DNA of 25,022 bases from Candidatus Pacearchaeota archaeon (GCA_018303825.1 JAGVXK010000017.1:1-25022), one strand, 5' to 3'. Positions 1 through 9,172 are shown, numbered from the stretch's first letter. Notes: generated from the sequence alone by a model not told the origin. Translations and numbers: made by a program.

Positions 1-153
1 TACCTTTTATTTAGGATTTGTCCTGACTTGAGAAAGCGATATCCCAACGGACATTTTTGGAATGCAGGATATTTTTGCTGTTCAGTCGGAGCAGAATTTA
101 AACAAGTATTTACATATATAGAAAATCAATCGTTGCACCACGCGACGCAATAA
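1..153 (+). CDS. tnpA: IS200/IS605-family Y1 transposase TnpA, C-terminal fragment (5' part outside the window; absent from the ORF track)
   Basis: Frame +1 from base 1 reads YLLFRICPDLRKRYPNGHFWNAGYFCCSVGAEFKQVFTYIENQSLHHATQ* (TAA 151-153). It matches the Y1_Tnp C-terminal signature 'HFWxxGYFxxSVG...V..YIENQ', which contains the catalytic Tyr. Confidence 0.9.
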   Translation, partial: YLLFRICPDLRKRYPNGHFWNAGYFCCSVGAEFKQVFTYIENQSLHHATQ

Positions 154-196
154 GACTAACTGGACGCCTAGCCCTTTAGGGCTGGGAGGATGTCAC
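1..196 (+). mobile_element. Right end of an IS200/IS605-family insertion sequence
   Basis: The tnpA 3' end is followed by the hairpin CCTAGCCC-TTTA-GGGCTGGG (167-186), then AGGATG-TCAC (TCAC 193-196). This is the subterminal hairpin plus tetranucleotide layout of this family's right ends. Confidence 0.8.
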
Positions 197-307
197 ATAA
201 ATTAATACTGCAACCGGAATGATAAATAGCCAATTAACCAAAATTGCCAAGGTCAGGCAAATCAAAGCAATTATAGAATAAATAAACACTTTTTTATTCA
301 TCTTCAT
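176..307 (-). pseudogene. Small membrane protein gene, probably truncated by the IS insertion
   Basis: Reads MKMNKKVFIYSIIALICLTLAILVNWLFIIPVAVLIY|VTSSQP*. The hydrophobic ORF runs in frame into the IS end at 196/197 and stops at a TAA inside the IS hairpin. Confidence 0.55.
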
Positions 308-354
308 AAATAAATCAGCAAATTCAAATATAAAAACCTAAGTGCTATCAAACC

Positions 355-1509
355 TTACGTGCTTACTGCCCTATAAGCATCCACTCTGCCATAGCCATAG
401 TCTTTGTCCCTGCCTTTTCTGCCCAAGTCCTTTGCAGTGCTGAGCAAAGAATTCTCAACCTGCTCATCAGAATATTCCGGATGAGCTAATTTTATCAAAG
501 CAATAACTCCTGAAACAACAGGAGTTGCCATTGATGTTCCTGATGCGGCAGCATATGAACTGCCAAGCCAAGCAGAATATAATGAAACTCCCGGGGAAGA
601 TATATCAAGTGCATTTCCTCTTCCTGAAAAGCTCGCAACTTTATCACTTGAATCAACTGCCCCGACTGTTGTCGAATAGCTTATGCATCCCGGTATAGAT
701 ATCCCGGCATTTCCAGAATTTCCTGCTGCTACAACAACAAAAACATTTCTGTCCCTTGCATACTTTACTGCATTAGTTAATGAAGGAAGAACATTGTCAC
801 AAAATCCTTTGTATAAATATGGCGCAGAAGTTCCAAGGCTTAATGATATTGCATCAATGTTGAAGTCATCCGCTGTTCCATAAACTCCATCAGGTCCATC
901 AACAACATAATAAATTCCGGAAACAATATCGCTAAAATATCCAGAGCCATCGCTTCCCAAAACCTTTACAACCAAAATCCCGACAGAGGGAGCAACGCCT
1001 CTTGCCCTGCTTTGAATGCCGTCTGCTGTTATCAATCCTGCAACATGGCTTCCATGCCCATTGTCATCCATAGGATCTAAGTCATCATTTACAAGATCTT
1101 CTCCGCCTAAATATGAGGAAGCTAATTCAGGATGGTTATAATTGTATCCTGTGTCTAATATTGCTATTTTTCTTCCTGTTCCCGTATTTCCAGATGATTG
1201 GACTTTGTCTGCTCTGATTTGAGTGTTTGCCCCACTGTCCAAAGCAAATACTTTTATATCCTCTTGCAAACCAAGAGAGTCAGCTACAGCAACAGGGCAT
1301 ATTAATGCAGTAATTTCCCTTGTTTGCCTTGCTATCTGGCATCCTGAATCCAATGCCACCTGCAATTCTTCTCCAGTATTTGCAATAACTCTTTTCTTTC
1401 CTGAAGAATCGGAAGAATGCTCAGAATTATCTGAATATGCAATTGCAAATACAGAAAACATCAGCACAAGCACGAACATTGAAACTAAATACTTATATCT
1501 CATTTTCAA
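355..1509 (-). CDS. Secreted S8 (subtilisin-like) serine protease
   Basis: Catalytic triad motifs ILDTG, HGSHVAG and GTSMATP; oxyanion motif AAGN; N-terminal signal peptide. The real start may be the ATG at 1503 rather than the TTG at 1509. Confidence 0.95.
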   Translation of the reverse strand: MKMRYKYLVSMFVLVLMFSVFAIAYSDNSEHSSDSSGKKRVIANTGEELQVALDSGCQIARQTREITALICPVAVADSLGLQEDIKVFALDSGANTQIRADKVQSSGNTGTGRKIAILDTGYNYNHPELASSYLGGEDLVNDDLDPMDDNGHGSHVAGLITADGIQSRARGVAPSVGILVVKVLGSDGSGYFSDIVSGIYYVVDGPDGVYGTADDFNIDAISLSLGTSAPYLYKGFCDNVLPSLTNAVKYARDRNVFVVVAAGNSGNAGISIPGCISYSTTVGAVDSSDKVASFSGRGNALDISSPGVSLYSAWLGSSYAAASGTSMATPVVSGVIALIKLAHPEYSDEQVENSLLSTAKDLGRKGRDKDYGYGRVDAYRAVST

Positions 1510-1590
1510 CCAATAATACCAGCATACCAGTAGACAGACTGCTATAAATAGTTTATGTATGATGAGCTGGAATGATGAATAGAATAGGAA

Positions 1591-1672
1591 CGCCCGCGCC
1601 AGGAATTGAACCTAGATATCCTTGCGGAAATCGGTTTTCGAGACCGACGCAGTTCCATTGTGCCACGCGGGC
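1591..1672 (-). tRNA. tRNA-Ser(CGA)
   Basis: GCCCGCG/CGCGGGC acceptor stem, anticodon arm TCGGT-CTCGAAA-ACCGA, long variable arm, TTCAATT T-loop, G discriminator, no CCA. Confidence 0.95.
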
Positions 1673-1714
1673 TTCAAGAAAAAGAAATATAAACCTTAAA
1701 AACCTGCTTCTTTT

Positions 1715-2122
1715 GTGAAAATAAGAAAAGAGGTTTACGGAGTTATAATAACTGTTCTAGTTTTCTGGCTTGCGGATTTCTTCATGCATTTTATCGGTGT
1801 TGGAGAGTCGAATTATTATTACATAAGCAAACTGGGGAATTCAATACTTTTTGCAGTAATATGGTTCTTCGCATTTAATTCAAAAGTGTATTGGAAGAAG
1901 ATTCTCTTATCGGTTATATTTGGAACCTGGATATCTTTCTATTATATCATTTCGTCGTATTCAGGATTAGTTCAATTGCTTGGGATTGAAGCTGAATATG
2001 CTCCGCCACCATTTGTAATCTTCGGTGTTTTCCTAAATCCTATTTTATGGTGGGTATTTCATTCCATTGCATTTTACATCGGCATAGAGATAGCAGGTTA
2101 TACAGTTAAAAGGAAGAAATAA
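1715..2122 (+). CDS. Hypothetical multi-pass membrane protein
   Basis: 135-aa ORF with a GTG start and about four hydrophobic segments; no family recognised. Confidence 0.7.
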   Translation: MKIRKEVYGVIITVLVFWLADFFMHFIGVGESNYYYISKLGNSILFAVIWFFAFNSKVYWKKILLSVIFGTWISFYYIISSYSGLVQLLGIEAEYAPPPFVIFGVFLNPILWWVFHSIAFYIGIEIAGYTVKRKK

Positions 2123-2329
2123 TCAATTCTTTGTTTTTCTCGCTAACCTAAAACCTACAAAAGACAGATAAAGAGCAATCATCATAGCAATTATACTGGC
2201 CCAGTAGGGAATTTCAATCAAAAGATTTCCAACCCTTACAGGCACTAAAAGCAGAATTCTTATTAATTGCACTAAACCGACCACTAGGAAAACGTAAGAA
2301 ATAAGCAAAACAAATGTTTTTTGTTTCAT
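2123..2329 (-). CDS. Small two-helix membrane protein, last gene of the copper cluster
   Basis: 68 aa, two hydrophobic segments and a basic C-terminus; starts 25 bp after the cupredoxin stop on the same strand. Confidence 0.65.
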   Translation of the reverse strand: MKQKTFVLLISYVFLVVGLVQLIRILLLVPVRVGNLLIEIPYWASIIAMMIALYLSFVGFRLARKTKN

Positions 2330-2354
2330 GCTGTTATTTGTTCAATTATGATGG

Positions 2355-2783
2355 TCATCGCACAATAACCTTTGCCTTCATGCCTGGATGCGGGGTGCAA
2401 TGGTAACTGTATGTTCCTGCTGTGTTGAATGTGTGTGAATAAGTATTTCCTTTTGATAATGTACTTGAGGAAAGCTCACTTCCAGAATCAGATGTTACAG
2501 TATGGCCTGTCGGATCATTGTTCGTCCAAATGACTGTGTCTCCAGCATTTATTGTTATAGTAGAAAGAGAAAATGCAAAACCCCGTATATTCACATTATA
2601 TGTCTTCTGACTATTATCATTAGTGTTTGTATTTGTATCTATGCCTGAAGAAGGATTATTTGTATCTAGCCGGGCATTATCAGCAGGATTTGAATAATTG
2701 CTGTTTTTCATCATAAAGAAAACTATTCCTCCGATCAAAACAACTGCAATAACAAAGATAGTTATAATCATCCCTGTTTTCAT
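2355..2783 (-). CDS. Membrane-anchored cupredoxin (plastocyanin/azurin family)
   Basis: N-terminal anchor and Asn/Thr-rich linker; 'GDTVIWTNND..GHTV' and 'YHCTPHPGM' supply the His/Cys/His/Met type-1 copper ligands. Confidence 0.93.
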   Translation of the reverse strand: MKTGMIITIFVIAVVLIGGIVFFMMKNSNYSNPADNARLDTNNPSSGIDTNTNTNDNSQKTYNVNIRGFAFSLSTITINAGDTVIWTNNDPTGHTVTSDSGSELSSSTLSKGNTYSHTFNTAGTYSYHCTPHPGMKAKVIVR

Positions 2784-2832
2784 TTAACCTTCAATGTTTT
2801 GCGATATATAAGACTTATGAAAGAAAAAAGAG

Positions 2833-4839
2833 CTATATTTTGGCTTTTCTTAATAAATTGGCATTTGTAACAACTGTAATACTTGAGAGAGCCATTGCTG
2901 CCTCTGCAATTATTGGGTGCAATAAGCCAAGAACCGCTACAGGAATAGCAATAACATTGTAAGCAAATGCCCAGAATAAATTTTGCTTTATTTTTCTAAA
3001 TGTTTTCTTTGACAAGTTAATGCTGTGCAGCACAGAAGTTAAAGAGCCGTTTGCCAGGACTAAATCTCCAGCTTCTATCGCTATGTCTGTTCCTGTTCCT
3101 ATTGCAATACCGACATTGCTCTGCTTCAATGCAGGAGCATCATTTATTCCATCACCTACAAATGCAACCATCGCTCGTTTTTGCAATTCTTCGACTTTCT
3201 TCGCTTTGTCTTCTGGGAGAACATTCGCAATTACCTCTTTTATGCCAACTTCTTTTGCAATTGCTTCCGCCGTTCTTTTATTATCTCCAGTCAGCATCAC
3301 TGTTCTATATCCCTGCTTATTCAATTCTGAGATTGCATTGATAGAATCTTCCTTCAAGGCATCTGCAACAGCCATCAATCCAAGAACTTTTCCATTTTCT
3401 GCAGCAATCATCAATGTCTTTCCCTCAGATTCAAGTTTATTGATATTTTGTTCAAAACCTTTCAAGGATATCTTATTCAAATGCATCAATCCTGAATTTC
3501 CGATTATGATTTTGTTCTTTCCAATGCTCCCCTCGATCCCTCTTCCCCTCAAAATACTGAATTTTTTGACTTCTTTGAATTTTTTAATTCCGCTTTCATT
3601 TGCTTTTTTAACTATTGCCCTGGCGATTGGATGCTCACTTAGATTTTCCAGACTCGAAGCAACTTCTAACAGATAATTTTCTTTAACTTTAGAATAAATA
3701 TCAGTCACTTCAGGCTTTCCTTTTGTTATTGTTCCTGTTTTATCAAAAACAATTATTTTTACTTCCTTCATTGTCTGAATTGCCTCCCCCCTTCTTATCA
3801 AAATTCCACTCTTGGCTCCTATTCCAGACCCGACAGTAAGTGCAATTGGCACAGCAAGGCCGAGGGAGCACGGGCAAGCTATAACTAAAACCGCCACTGC
3901 AACACCTATGGACCTGCTAAGATCGCCTGAAATTATAAGCCAGCCGATAAATGAAAGCACTGCAAGAACCAATATTGCCGGCACGAACACAGAGGTTATT
4001 TTGTCAGCTAATTTTTGTATTGGTACCTTTGTTCCCTGAGCCTCTTCAACCAGCTTTATTATATGCGAAAGGAAAGTGTCTTTCCCAATCTTTATTGCCT
4101 TAACATAAAGGATTCCATCTTGATTTATTGTCGCTCCAATAACATTGTTCTTCGCTTTCTTTTCAACTGGCATTGATTCCCCGGTAATCATAGATTCATC
4201 AACACTGCTTTCCCCCCTAACCACAATTCCATCAGTTGGAATCTTTTCCCCAGGTTTAACAATCATTATATCTCCTATCTTTATTTCTTCAATTTGGATT
4301 TCAAGTTCTTCTTTTCCCCTCAGTATTCTTGCATTCTTGGCTCCAAGCTCAAGAAGTTTCTTAATTTCCTGTGTCGCTCTACCTCTGGCTTTTGCCTCAA
4401 TGTATTTTCCAATTATAAAAATAGCCATAATCATTGCACTTATTCCAGAATAATCAGCTACCTTGCCGAAAAGTGCAAAAATCCCTGTCAAATAAGCAAT
4501 TATTGTTCCAAGAGCTATAAGAGAATCCATATTGAAATAAAAGCTGAATAATCCTCTGAAACCTGATTTGATTGTTGAGAAGCCAAAAATAAAAACAATC
4601 GGAAATCCGAGAATTAGCAGACTGAGAATCACAATCTCTTCATTAAATAATGTTATCCCAAAAATTCTGTCAAGAACCATAAATATCAGAATGGGAATTG
4701 CAAATATCAGAGAACCAATCAACTTCATTTTCCAGTCTTTTATTTCCTCGTCTTCCATGCTGGAATGGTCCTGTTCATCATTCTTCACGTGAACATTATG
4801 TTCGTGCTGCATATCATGTTTCATTTCCATTTTATTCAT
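2833..4839 (-). CDS. copA: Copper-translocating P1B-type ATPase
   Basis: TGES, CPC, DKTGT, SEHP and GDGINDAP motifs; YN and MALSS Cu(I)-type transmembrane motifs; His-rich N-terminus. Confidence 0.95.
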   Translation of the reverse strand: MNKMEMKHDMQHEHNVHVKNDEQDHSSMEDEEIKDWKMKLIGSLIFAIPILIFMVLDRIFGITLFNEEIVILSLLILGFPIVFIFGFSTIKSGFRGLFSFYFNMDSLIALGTIIAYLTGIFALFGKVADYSGISAMIMAIFIIGKYIEAKARGRATQEIKKLLELGAKNARILRGKEELEIQIEEIKIGDIMIVKPGEKIPTDGIVVRGESSVDESMITGESMPVEKKAKNNVIGATINQDGILYVKAIKIGKDTFLSHIIKLVEEAQGTKVPIQKLADKITSVFVPAILVLAVLSFIGWLIISGDLSRSIGVAVAVLVIACPCSLGLAVPIALTVGSGIGAKSGILIRRGEAIQTMKEVKIIVFDKTGTITKGKPEVTDIYSKVKENYLLEVASSLENLSEHPIARAIVKKANESGIKKFKEVKKFSILRGRGIEGSIGKNKIIIGNSGLMHLNKISLKGFEQNINKLESEGKTLMIAAENGKVLGLMAVADALKEDSINAISELNKQGYRTVMLTGDNKRTAEAIAKEVGIKEVIANVLPEDKAKKVEELQKRAMVAFVGDGINDAPALKQSNVGIAIGTGTDIAIEAGDLVLANGSLTSVLHSINLSKKTFRKIKQNLFWAFAYNVIAIPVAVLGLLHPIIAEAAMALSSITVVTNANLLRKAKI

Positions 4840-5050
4840 AATTTATTTTTGCAATATTATATCCTGCTCTCCTTACCGCTTTCCTCAAATCTTCTTCAGA
4901 AACAGAGTCTTCTATGTCAGCATAGCCTTTTTTTGCAATCATGTTGACTCTTGCATTTTTAACACCTTGTGTTTTAGAAAGGCTTTTTTCAACATTGCTC
5001 GCGCAGCTGGCACAATGCATTCCCTGAATTTCCATTATTACTTTTTTCAT
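4832..5050 (-). CDS. copZ: Heavy-metal-associated (HMA) copper chaperone
   Basis: GMHCASC motif in a 72-aa HMA domain; 8-bp overlap with the copA start. Confidence 0.92.
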   Translation of the reverse strand: MKKVIMEIQGMHCASCASNVEKSLSKTQGVKNARVNMIAKKGYADIEDSVSEEDLRKAVRRAGYNIAKINYE

Positions 5051-5418
5051 TTTTTATTTTGACCTCCTTCCATTTCATGTAGTATGTGAATGCAATATTT
5101 ATCCATGTGCTCATCAATTAAATGCATCATCTCTCTTATATCTTCGCTCAAATAATAATTAACAAATTTTCCCTCTTTCTCAGTCTCCACAAATCCGCAC
5201 TGCCTCAATCTTGCCAAATCATGGCTTACTGCAGTCTGGTCAGCCCTCAACTCATTAATTAATTCAGAAACGTTCATTCTTTTTTTTCTTAAAATATTTA
5301 TGATTTTTAATCTTGATTCAGAGACAAGAGTTCCAAAAAAGATTTTATATGCGCCATAGACATCCTTTTCTTTAAATCCTTCTAAATGGCACGAATGTAA
5401 TATGCTTTTATTTATCAT
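5047..5418 (-). CDS. ArsR/SmtB-family metal-responsive repressor
   Basis: Winged-HTH pattern 'SRLKIINIL...MNVSEL...DQTAVSHDLARLRQCGFV..EKEGKFVNYYL'; His/Cys-rich ends; 4-bp overlap with copZ. Confidence 0.92.
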   Translation of the reverse strand: MINKSILHSCHLEGFKEKDVYGAYKIFFGTLVSESRLKIINILRKKRMNVSELINELRADQTAVSHDLARLRQCGFVETEKEGKFVNYYLSEDIREMMHLIDEHMDKYCIHILHEMEGGQNKK

Positions 5419-5449
5419 ATGAGAACCTCATACATATGACTATTTAAAT
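5418..5449 (-). promoter_or_regulatory. Copper operon promoter: TATA box plus ArsR-type operator
   Basis: Minus-strand TTTAAATA at 5442-5449. Inverted repeat TATGAG-aac-CTCATA (5418-5432) lies between the TATA box and the arsR start codon. Confidence 0.6.
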
Positions 5450-5543
5450 CTTTTCCCATAACTAGTTTTCGACATTTTTTCACTGGTAATGTGTAGTAAA
5501 AATCAGATTAAAGGCTTAAAAGGTATAATGAATTATAGACAAA

Positions 5544-6185
5544 ATGAAAGAGGAAAGCCGCAGAATAAAGCCCGGAGAAGTGAAATGGCTTGGGATGGAT
5601 TATCCTCTTCAGATTAGAGCCAAAGGACTATCGGGCAGAATTGGAAAAAAAATAGTCATATCGCAATCTGAATTGGAGAAAAAAGTGCTATCCTTCCTAG
5701 CTAAAAATTCCTTTGTTTATCTTGGTCAGCCATTCAGTGAAAAAGTGGATTTTAAACACATTGGCTATTATAAAATATGGCTTATAGATACTGCTGTTGC
5801 GCTTGTCGATGTTTATTCAGTTCTTTTTCCAGGAATAGATAAAAAAACACCCGAGCTTCCAAAATTAAGAGAGGTATTTTGCACAATAGGGAGAATATAC
5901 TATCATAAAATGGCCAGGCCGTATGACCACCAATTGCATAGGAACGTTTGGGCAAGAAGCCTAAACAGGGATGATAAGGCTGCAGTTTCTCAAGCAGTGA
6001 GATATCATGTAATTACAGAATTACAGAAAAGAAGAAAAGAAATAGAGCCTGGCCTTGCAGCCAAAATAGCCAAAAATATCGGGCACGATACAGATTTTTA
6101 CAATTATGAAATAGACCCAAATCCCGCCCCAAAAGGACGTCCCCCTGCATACCAGCCAGAAATGGAGCCGGAAGAAATGAAGTAA
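5544..6185 (+). CDS. Hypothetical protein
   Basis: 213-aa ORF divergent from arsR, ending 3 bp from the tRNA-Ala 3' end; no family recognised. Confidence 0.7.
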   Translation: MKEESRRIKPGEVKWLGMDYPLQIRAKGLSGRIGKKIVISQSELEKKVLSFLAKNSFVYLGQPFSEKVDFKHIGYYKIWLIDTAVALVDVYSVLFPGIDKKTPELPKLREVFCTIGRIYYHKMARPYDHQLHRNVWARSLNRDDKAAVSQAVRYHVITELQKRRKEIEPGLAAKIAKNIGHDTDFYNYEIDPNPAPKGRPPAYQPEMEPEEMK

Positions 6186-6188
6186 CTA

Positions 6189-6260
6189 TGGACCCATCGG
6201 GAATCGAACCCGAATCCTGCCGACGCGAACGGCATGTTCTAACCATTGAACTATGGGCCC
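6189..6260 (-). tRNA. tRNA-Ala(CGC)
   Basis: GGGCCCA/TGGGTCC acceptor with the G3:U70 Ala identity pair; anticodon arm TGCCG-TTCGCGT-CGGCA; TTCGATT T-loop. Confidence 0.95.
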
Positions 6261-6339
6261 GCAGTGAATAAAAAATCATAAGCTTTAAATATCCTGCTCT
6301 TTAGCGATTTTTATCTAAGTCTTTTAGATAAAGCTGAAA

Positions 6340-6756
6340 ATGAAACTGAAATACCTTAACGAAGAACAGGTAAAAAAGATAGAAGAGCTAGTCGGAGAGG
6401 ACTCTAAGTTCAGAGAAGAGCTGGCGGATAGTCATAAAAGACAAAACTTTGTCCATAATTTGTATGAAATACTTGATATCCCATCAATATTTGAGCCTCA
6501 GCCTAATGAAAGATATCATTTTCTTTTGGACAATTGGGCAAGAAACCCTGGGGAGAGTTATGTATCAGCAGAAGGCAGGATAGTTGAAATGATTCATCTG
6601 GTGAGAAAGAAATTTAGCAATCATAAAGAATATGCGGGCGCAATGCATTCGGTAATAGGGAACATAAGAGCCCATATTGATTATGTCAAGAGTCTGGCTG
6701 TCATGAAAGCCGGGCAATATAATAAAGAAGAAAGAGTTGCCACGAGATATCTTTAA
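6340..6756 (+). CDS. Hypothetical protein
   Basis: 138-aa ORF with normal composition; no family recognised. Confidence 0.65.
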   Translation: MKLKYLNEEQVKKIEELVGEDSKFREELADSHKRQNFVHNLYEILDIPSIFEPQPNERYHFLLDNWARNPGESYVSAEGRIVEMIHLVRKKFSNHKEYAGAMHSVIGNIRAHIDYVKSLAVMKAGQYNKEERVATRYL

Positions 6757-6790
6757 TCTTGATATCTTTAATCTTGAAATCTTTAATCAT
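6746..6790. repeat. Tandem repeat, 3 x 15 bp
   Basis: GATATCTTTAATCTT, GATATCTTTAATCTT, GAAATCTTTAATCAT; unit 1 contains the stop codon of the 138-aa ORF. Confidence 0.9.
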
Positions 6791-6854
6791 TATAGTTGCG
6801 AAAGTGGTTTTAATTTATACATAATTTTAAAAGAAACCTCCCATTTCTGGAAAG

Positions 6855-8456
6855 ATGGACGATAATAGGATTATGAATGAAAATGTCTCCAGAACTCTTG
6901 GTAAAGATGCGCAGAGGAACAACATTCTTGCAGCTAAGATTATCGCGGACATTGTAAAAACTACACTTGGACCAAAGGGAATGGATAAAATGCTTGTCGA
7001 TTCTTTTGGCAATATAATTGTAACAAATGACGGTGTTACAATTCTTGAAGAAATGGAAATTGACCATCCAGCAGCAAAGATGATGGTTGAAATAGCAAAG
7101 ACTCAAGAGTCAGAAGTTGGTGACGGCACAACAACTGCTGTGCTTCTTGCCGGAAAATTGCTTGAAGGAGCAGAATATCTTCTTGATAAAAAAATTCATC
7201 CGACTGTTGTTGTTAAAGGATATAGAATTGCCGCAGAAAAGTCCCTGTCTCTTATAAATGAATTGGCAATGCCATTAAAAGATTCCAATGTTTTAAGGCA
7301 GATAGCCATGACTGCAATGACTGGAAAGGGGGCGGAAGGAAATAAGGAAGTTCTTGCTTCCCTGGTTGTGAGGGCAGTTGAACAAATAACTTCTATGCAT
7401 GAAAATGTTGGCGATATAAACCTTGACGATATCAAAACAGAAAAAATAAAGGGGGAAAAAACAGGAGATTCGGAATTAATTGAGGGAATTGTATTAAATA
7501 AAGAAAGGGTAAATCAGGAAATGCCAATTAGAGTTGAAAATGCGCATATCTTGCTTGTAGATTTCCCAATAGAGCTGAAAAATCCAGAGGCGGAAACAAG
7601 AATTTCAATTTCAAGTCCAGAGCAATTGGAAAGTTTTATAGAAAGCGAAGAGAGGCATATAAGAGAAATAGCAGACAAGATAATTTCCTCTGGGGCAAAT
7701 GTTGTGATTTGCCAGAAAGGAATAGATGATGTGGCTCAATATTATCTCGCTAAGGCAGGAATATTTGCGTTAAGAAGGGTTGAAAGAAGCAATATGGAAA
7801 AGATTTCCAGGGCAGTGAATGGAAAAATTGTTTCAAACATAAATGACATTTCAATAGACCAATTAGGAAGAGCAGCATTGGTAGAAGAATCAAAACAAGG
7901 CAATGAATCTCTCACATTTATAAAAGGATGCCAGAATCCAAGGGTCGTGACTATTGTAATCAGGGGAGGCACAATTCATGTTCTGGATGAAACCGAAAGG
8001 GCAATTAGGGACGGATTGGGCGATGTTATTAGTGCTATAAAATCAGGGAAAGTTGTTCCAGGAGGAGGGGCGATAGAAATTGAATTGGCCAGAAGGTTAA
8101 GGCTTTTTGCTAAAACAGTTCCTGGAAAAGAACAACTGGCAATAGAAGAATTTGCTTCAGCCTTGGAGTCTATTCCGGAAGCTCTTGCTGAAAATGCCGG
8201 TCTGGACCCAATAGAGACTCTAACAGAATTAAAGAGAAGACATGAGCAGGGCCTCTCAAACGAAGGGCTTAATTTGTTAAATGATAAAATAGAAGATGCC
8301 TTCCTTGCAGGAATTGTTGAACCTCTGAAAGTAAAGACCCAGGCAATTAACTCGGCCAGCGAAGTTTCAACTATGATTTTGAGAATAGATGACGTTCTTG
8401 TCTCAAGGAACAAAGACACGCACATGGAAAGATCAAACTATCAAGGCTTAGACTAA
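6855..8456 (+). CDS. thsA: Thermosome subunit (group II chaperonin)
   Basis: [28 protein letters not shown] and GGGA motifs; 533 aa. Confidence 0.97.
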   Translation: MDDNRIMNENVSRTLGKDAQRNNILAAKIIADIVKTTLGPKGMDKMLVDSFGNIIVTNDGVTILEEMEIDHPAAKMMVEIAKTQESEVGDGTTTAVLLAGKLLEGAEYLLDKKIHPTVVVKGYRIAAEKSLSLINELAMPLKDSNVLRQIAMTAMTGKGAEGNKEVLASLVVRAVEQITSMHENVGDINLDDIKTEKIKGEKTGDSELIEGIVLNKERVNQEMPIRVENAHILLVDFPIELKNPEAETRISISSPEQLESFIESEERHIREIADKIISSGANVVICQKGIDDVAQYYLAKAGIFALRRVERSNMEKISRAVNGKIVSNINDISIDQLGRAALVEESKQGNESLTFIKGCQNPRVVTIVIRGGTIHVLDETERAIRDGLGDVISAIKSGKVVPGGGAIEIELARRLRLFAKTVPGKEQLAIEEFASALESIPEALAENAGLDPIETLTELKRRHEQGLSNEGLNLLNDKIEDAFLAGIVEPLKVKTQAINSASEVSTMILRIDDVLVSRNKDTHMERSNYQGLD

Positions 8457-8507
8457 GGGTTTGAAAAGATTGTTGTAATAAAAACTTGAGCAGCTATTTA
8501 ATGAAAA

Positions 8508-8578
8508 TGCGCTCGACGGGAATCGAACCCGTGTCCTCTGATTGGCAACCAGATGTTCTACCATTTAACTACGAGCGC
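8508..8578 (-). tRNA. tRNA-Gly(GCC)
   Basis: GCGCTCG/CGAGCGC acceptor; anticodon arm TCTGG-TTGCCAA-TCAGA; TTCGATT T-loop. Confidence 0.95.
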
Positions 8579-8797
8579 TTTATTTCTGTTAATTGTATAT
8601 CATTTAAAAATTGTTCTATATCAATATTTTATTAAACAAGTAGGAATGGCAATTATTAATCAAACAATATGATTAATCACCAAACTTGGTTCATCAAAGA
8701 CATATTTAATACTAAGTATGTTAAGTTTCATCTTTAAACTATCAGTTCAAAAAGGCTTAAATATTCAAAAAACCTCATCCTATCGAGGAGGTGTATT

Positions 8798-9004
8798 ATG
8801 AAAGGAGATAAAAAGGCAGACATGTATGGCTGTACGGTTGGCCGTTGTGGTATGTGCCGCGGATGGACACTGCTTGTAGCAGGAGTAATCTTGCTTATAA
8901 ATGCTTACTGGTCATTTACTCAAACATGGACTCTCATAGCTTGGTTAATAGCATTAGTTGGATTATCAAAGGTAATCTGGCCTTGCTGCCCACACTGCAA
9001 GTAA
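8798..9004 (+). CDS. Cys-rich two-helix membrane microprotein
   Basis: 68 aa; strong SD GAGGAGGT just upstream; CxxxxCxxC before and CCxHC after two hydrophobic segments. Confidence 0.8.
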   Translation: MKGDKKADMYGCTVGRCGMCRGWTLLVAGVILLINAYWSFTQTWTLIAWLIALVGLSKVIWPCCPHCK

Positions 9005-9009
9005 ATAAG

Positions 9010-9050
9010 TTTTTTATTTTTTTTATTTTTCAATTTTGTTTTTATCATTT
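9010..9050 (+). terminator. Oligo-T archaeal-type terminator candidate
   Basis: Several T runs directly after the 8798-9004 stop codon. Confidence 0.4.
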
Positions 9051-9101
9051 TAGGCTATCATCGCAAAGATTTAAAAGACAACTTTTATCTTGATCTGTGT
9101 C

Positions 9102-9172
9102 GGCCCATTAAGCTAATGGTAGACTGGATCGTTTACACCGATCATGCGGAGGTCCGATTCCTCCATGGGCCA
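9102..9172 (+). tRNA. tRNA-Val(TAC), atypical T-loop
   Basis: GGCCCAT/ATGGGCC acceptor; anticodon arm GATCG-TTTACAC-CGATC; T-arm GGAGG-TCCGATT-CCTCC (C55 rather than U55). Confidence 0.88.

Noticed and set aside
1-120. Minus-strand frame with PTEQQK, resembling a TnpB N-terminus
   Set aside because: It has no proper start, and the plus strand gives a far better TnpA match over the same bases.
4826-4850. Programmed frameshift fusing copZ to copA, by analogy with E. coli copA/CopA(Z)
   Set aside because: The copA frame has a TAA two codons upstream of its ATG and there is no canonical slippery heptamer; simple translational coupling explains the overlap.
6746-6790. CRISPR array
   Set aside because: The units are 15 bp and directly adjacent, with no spacers and no cas genes.
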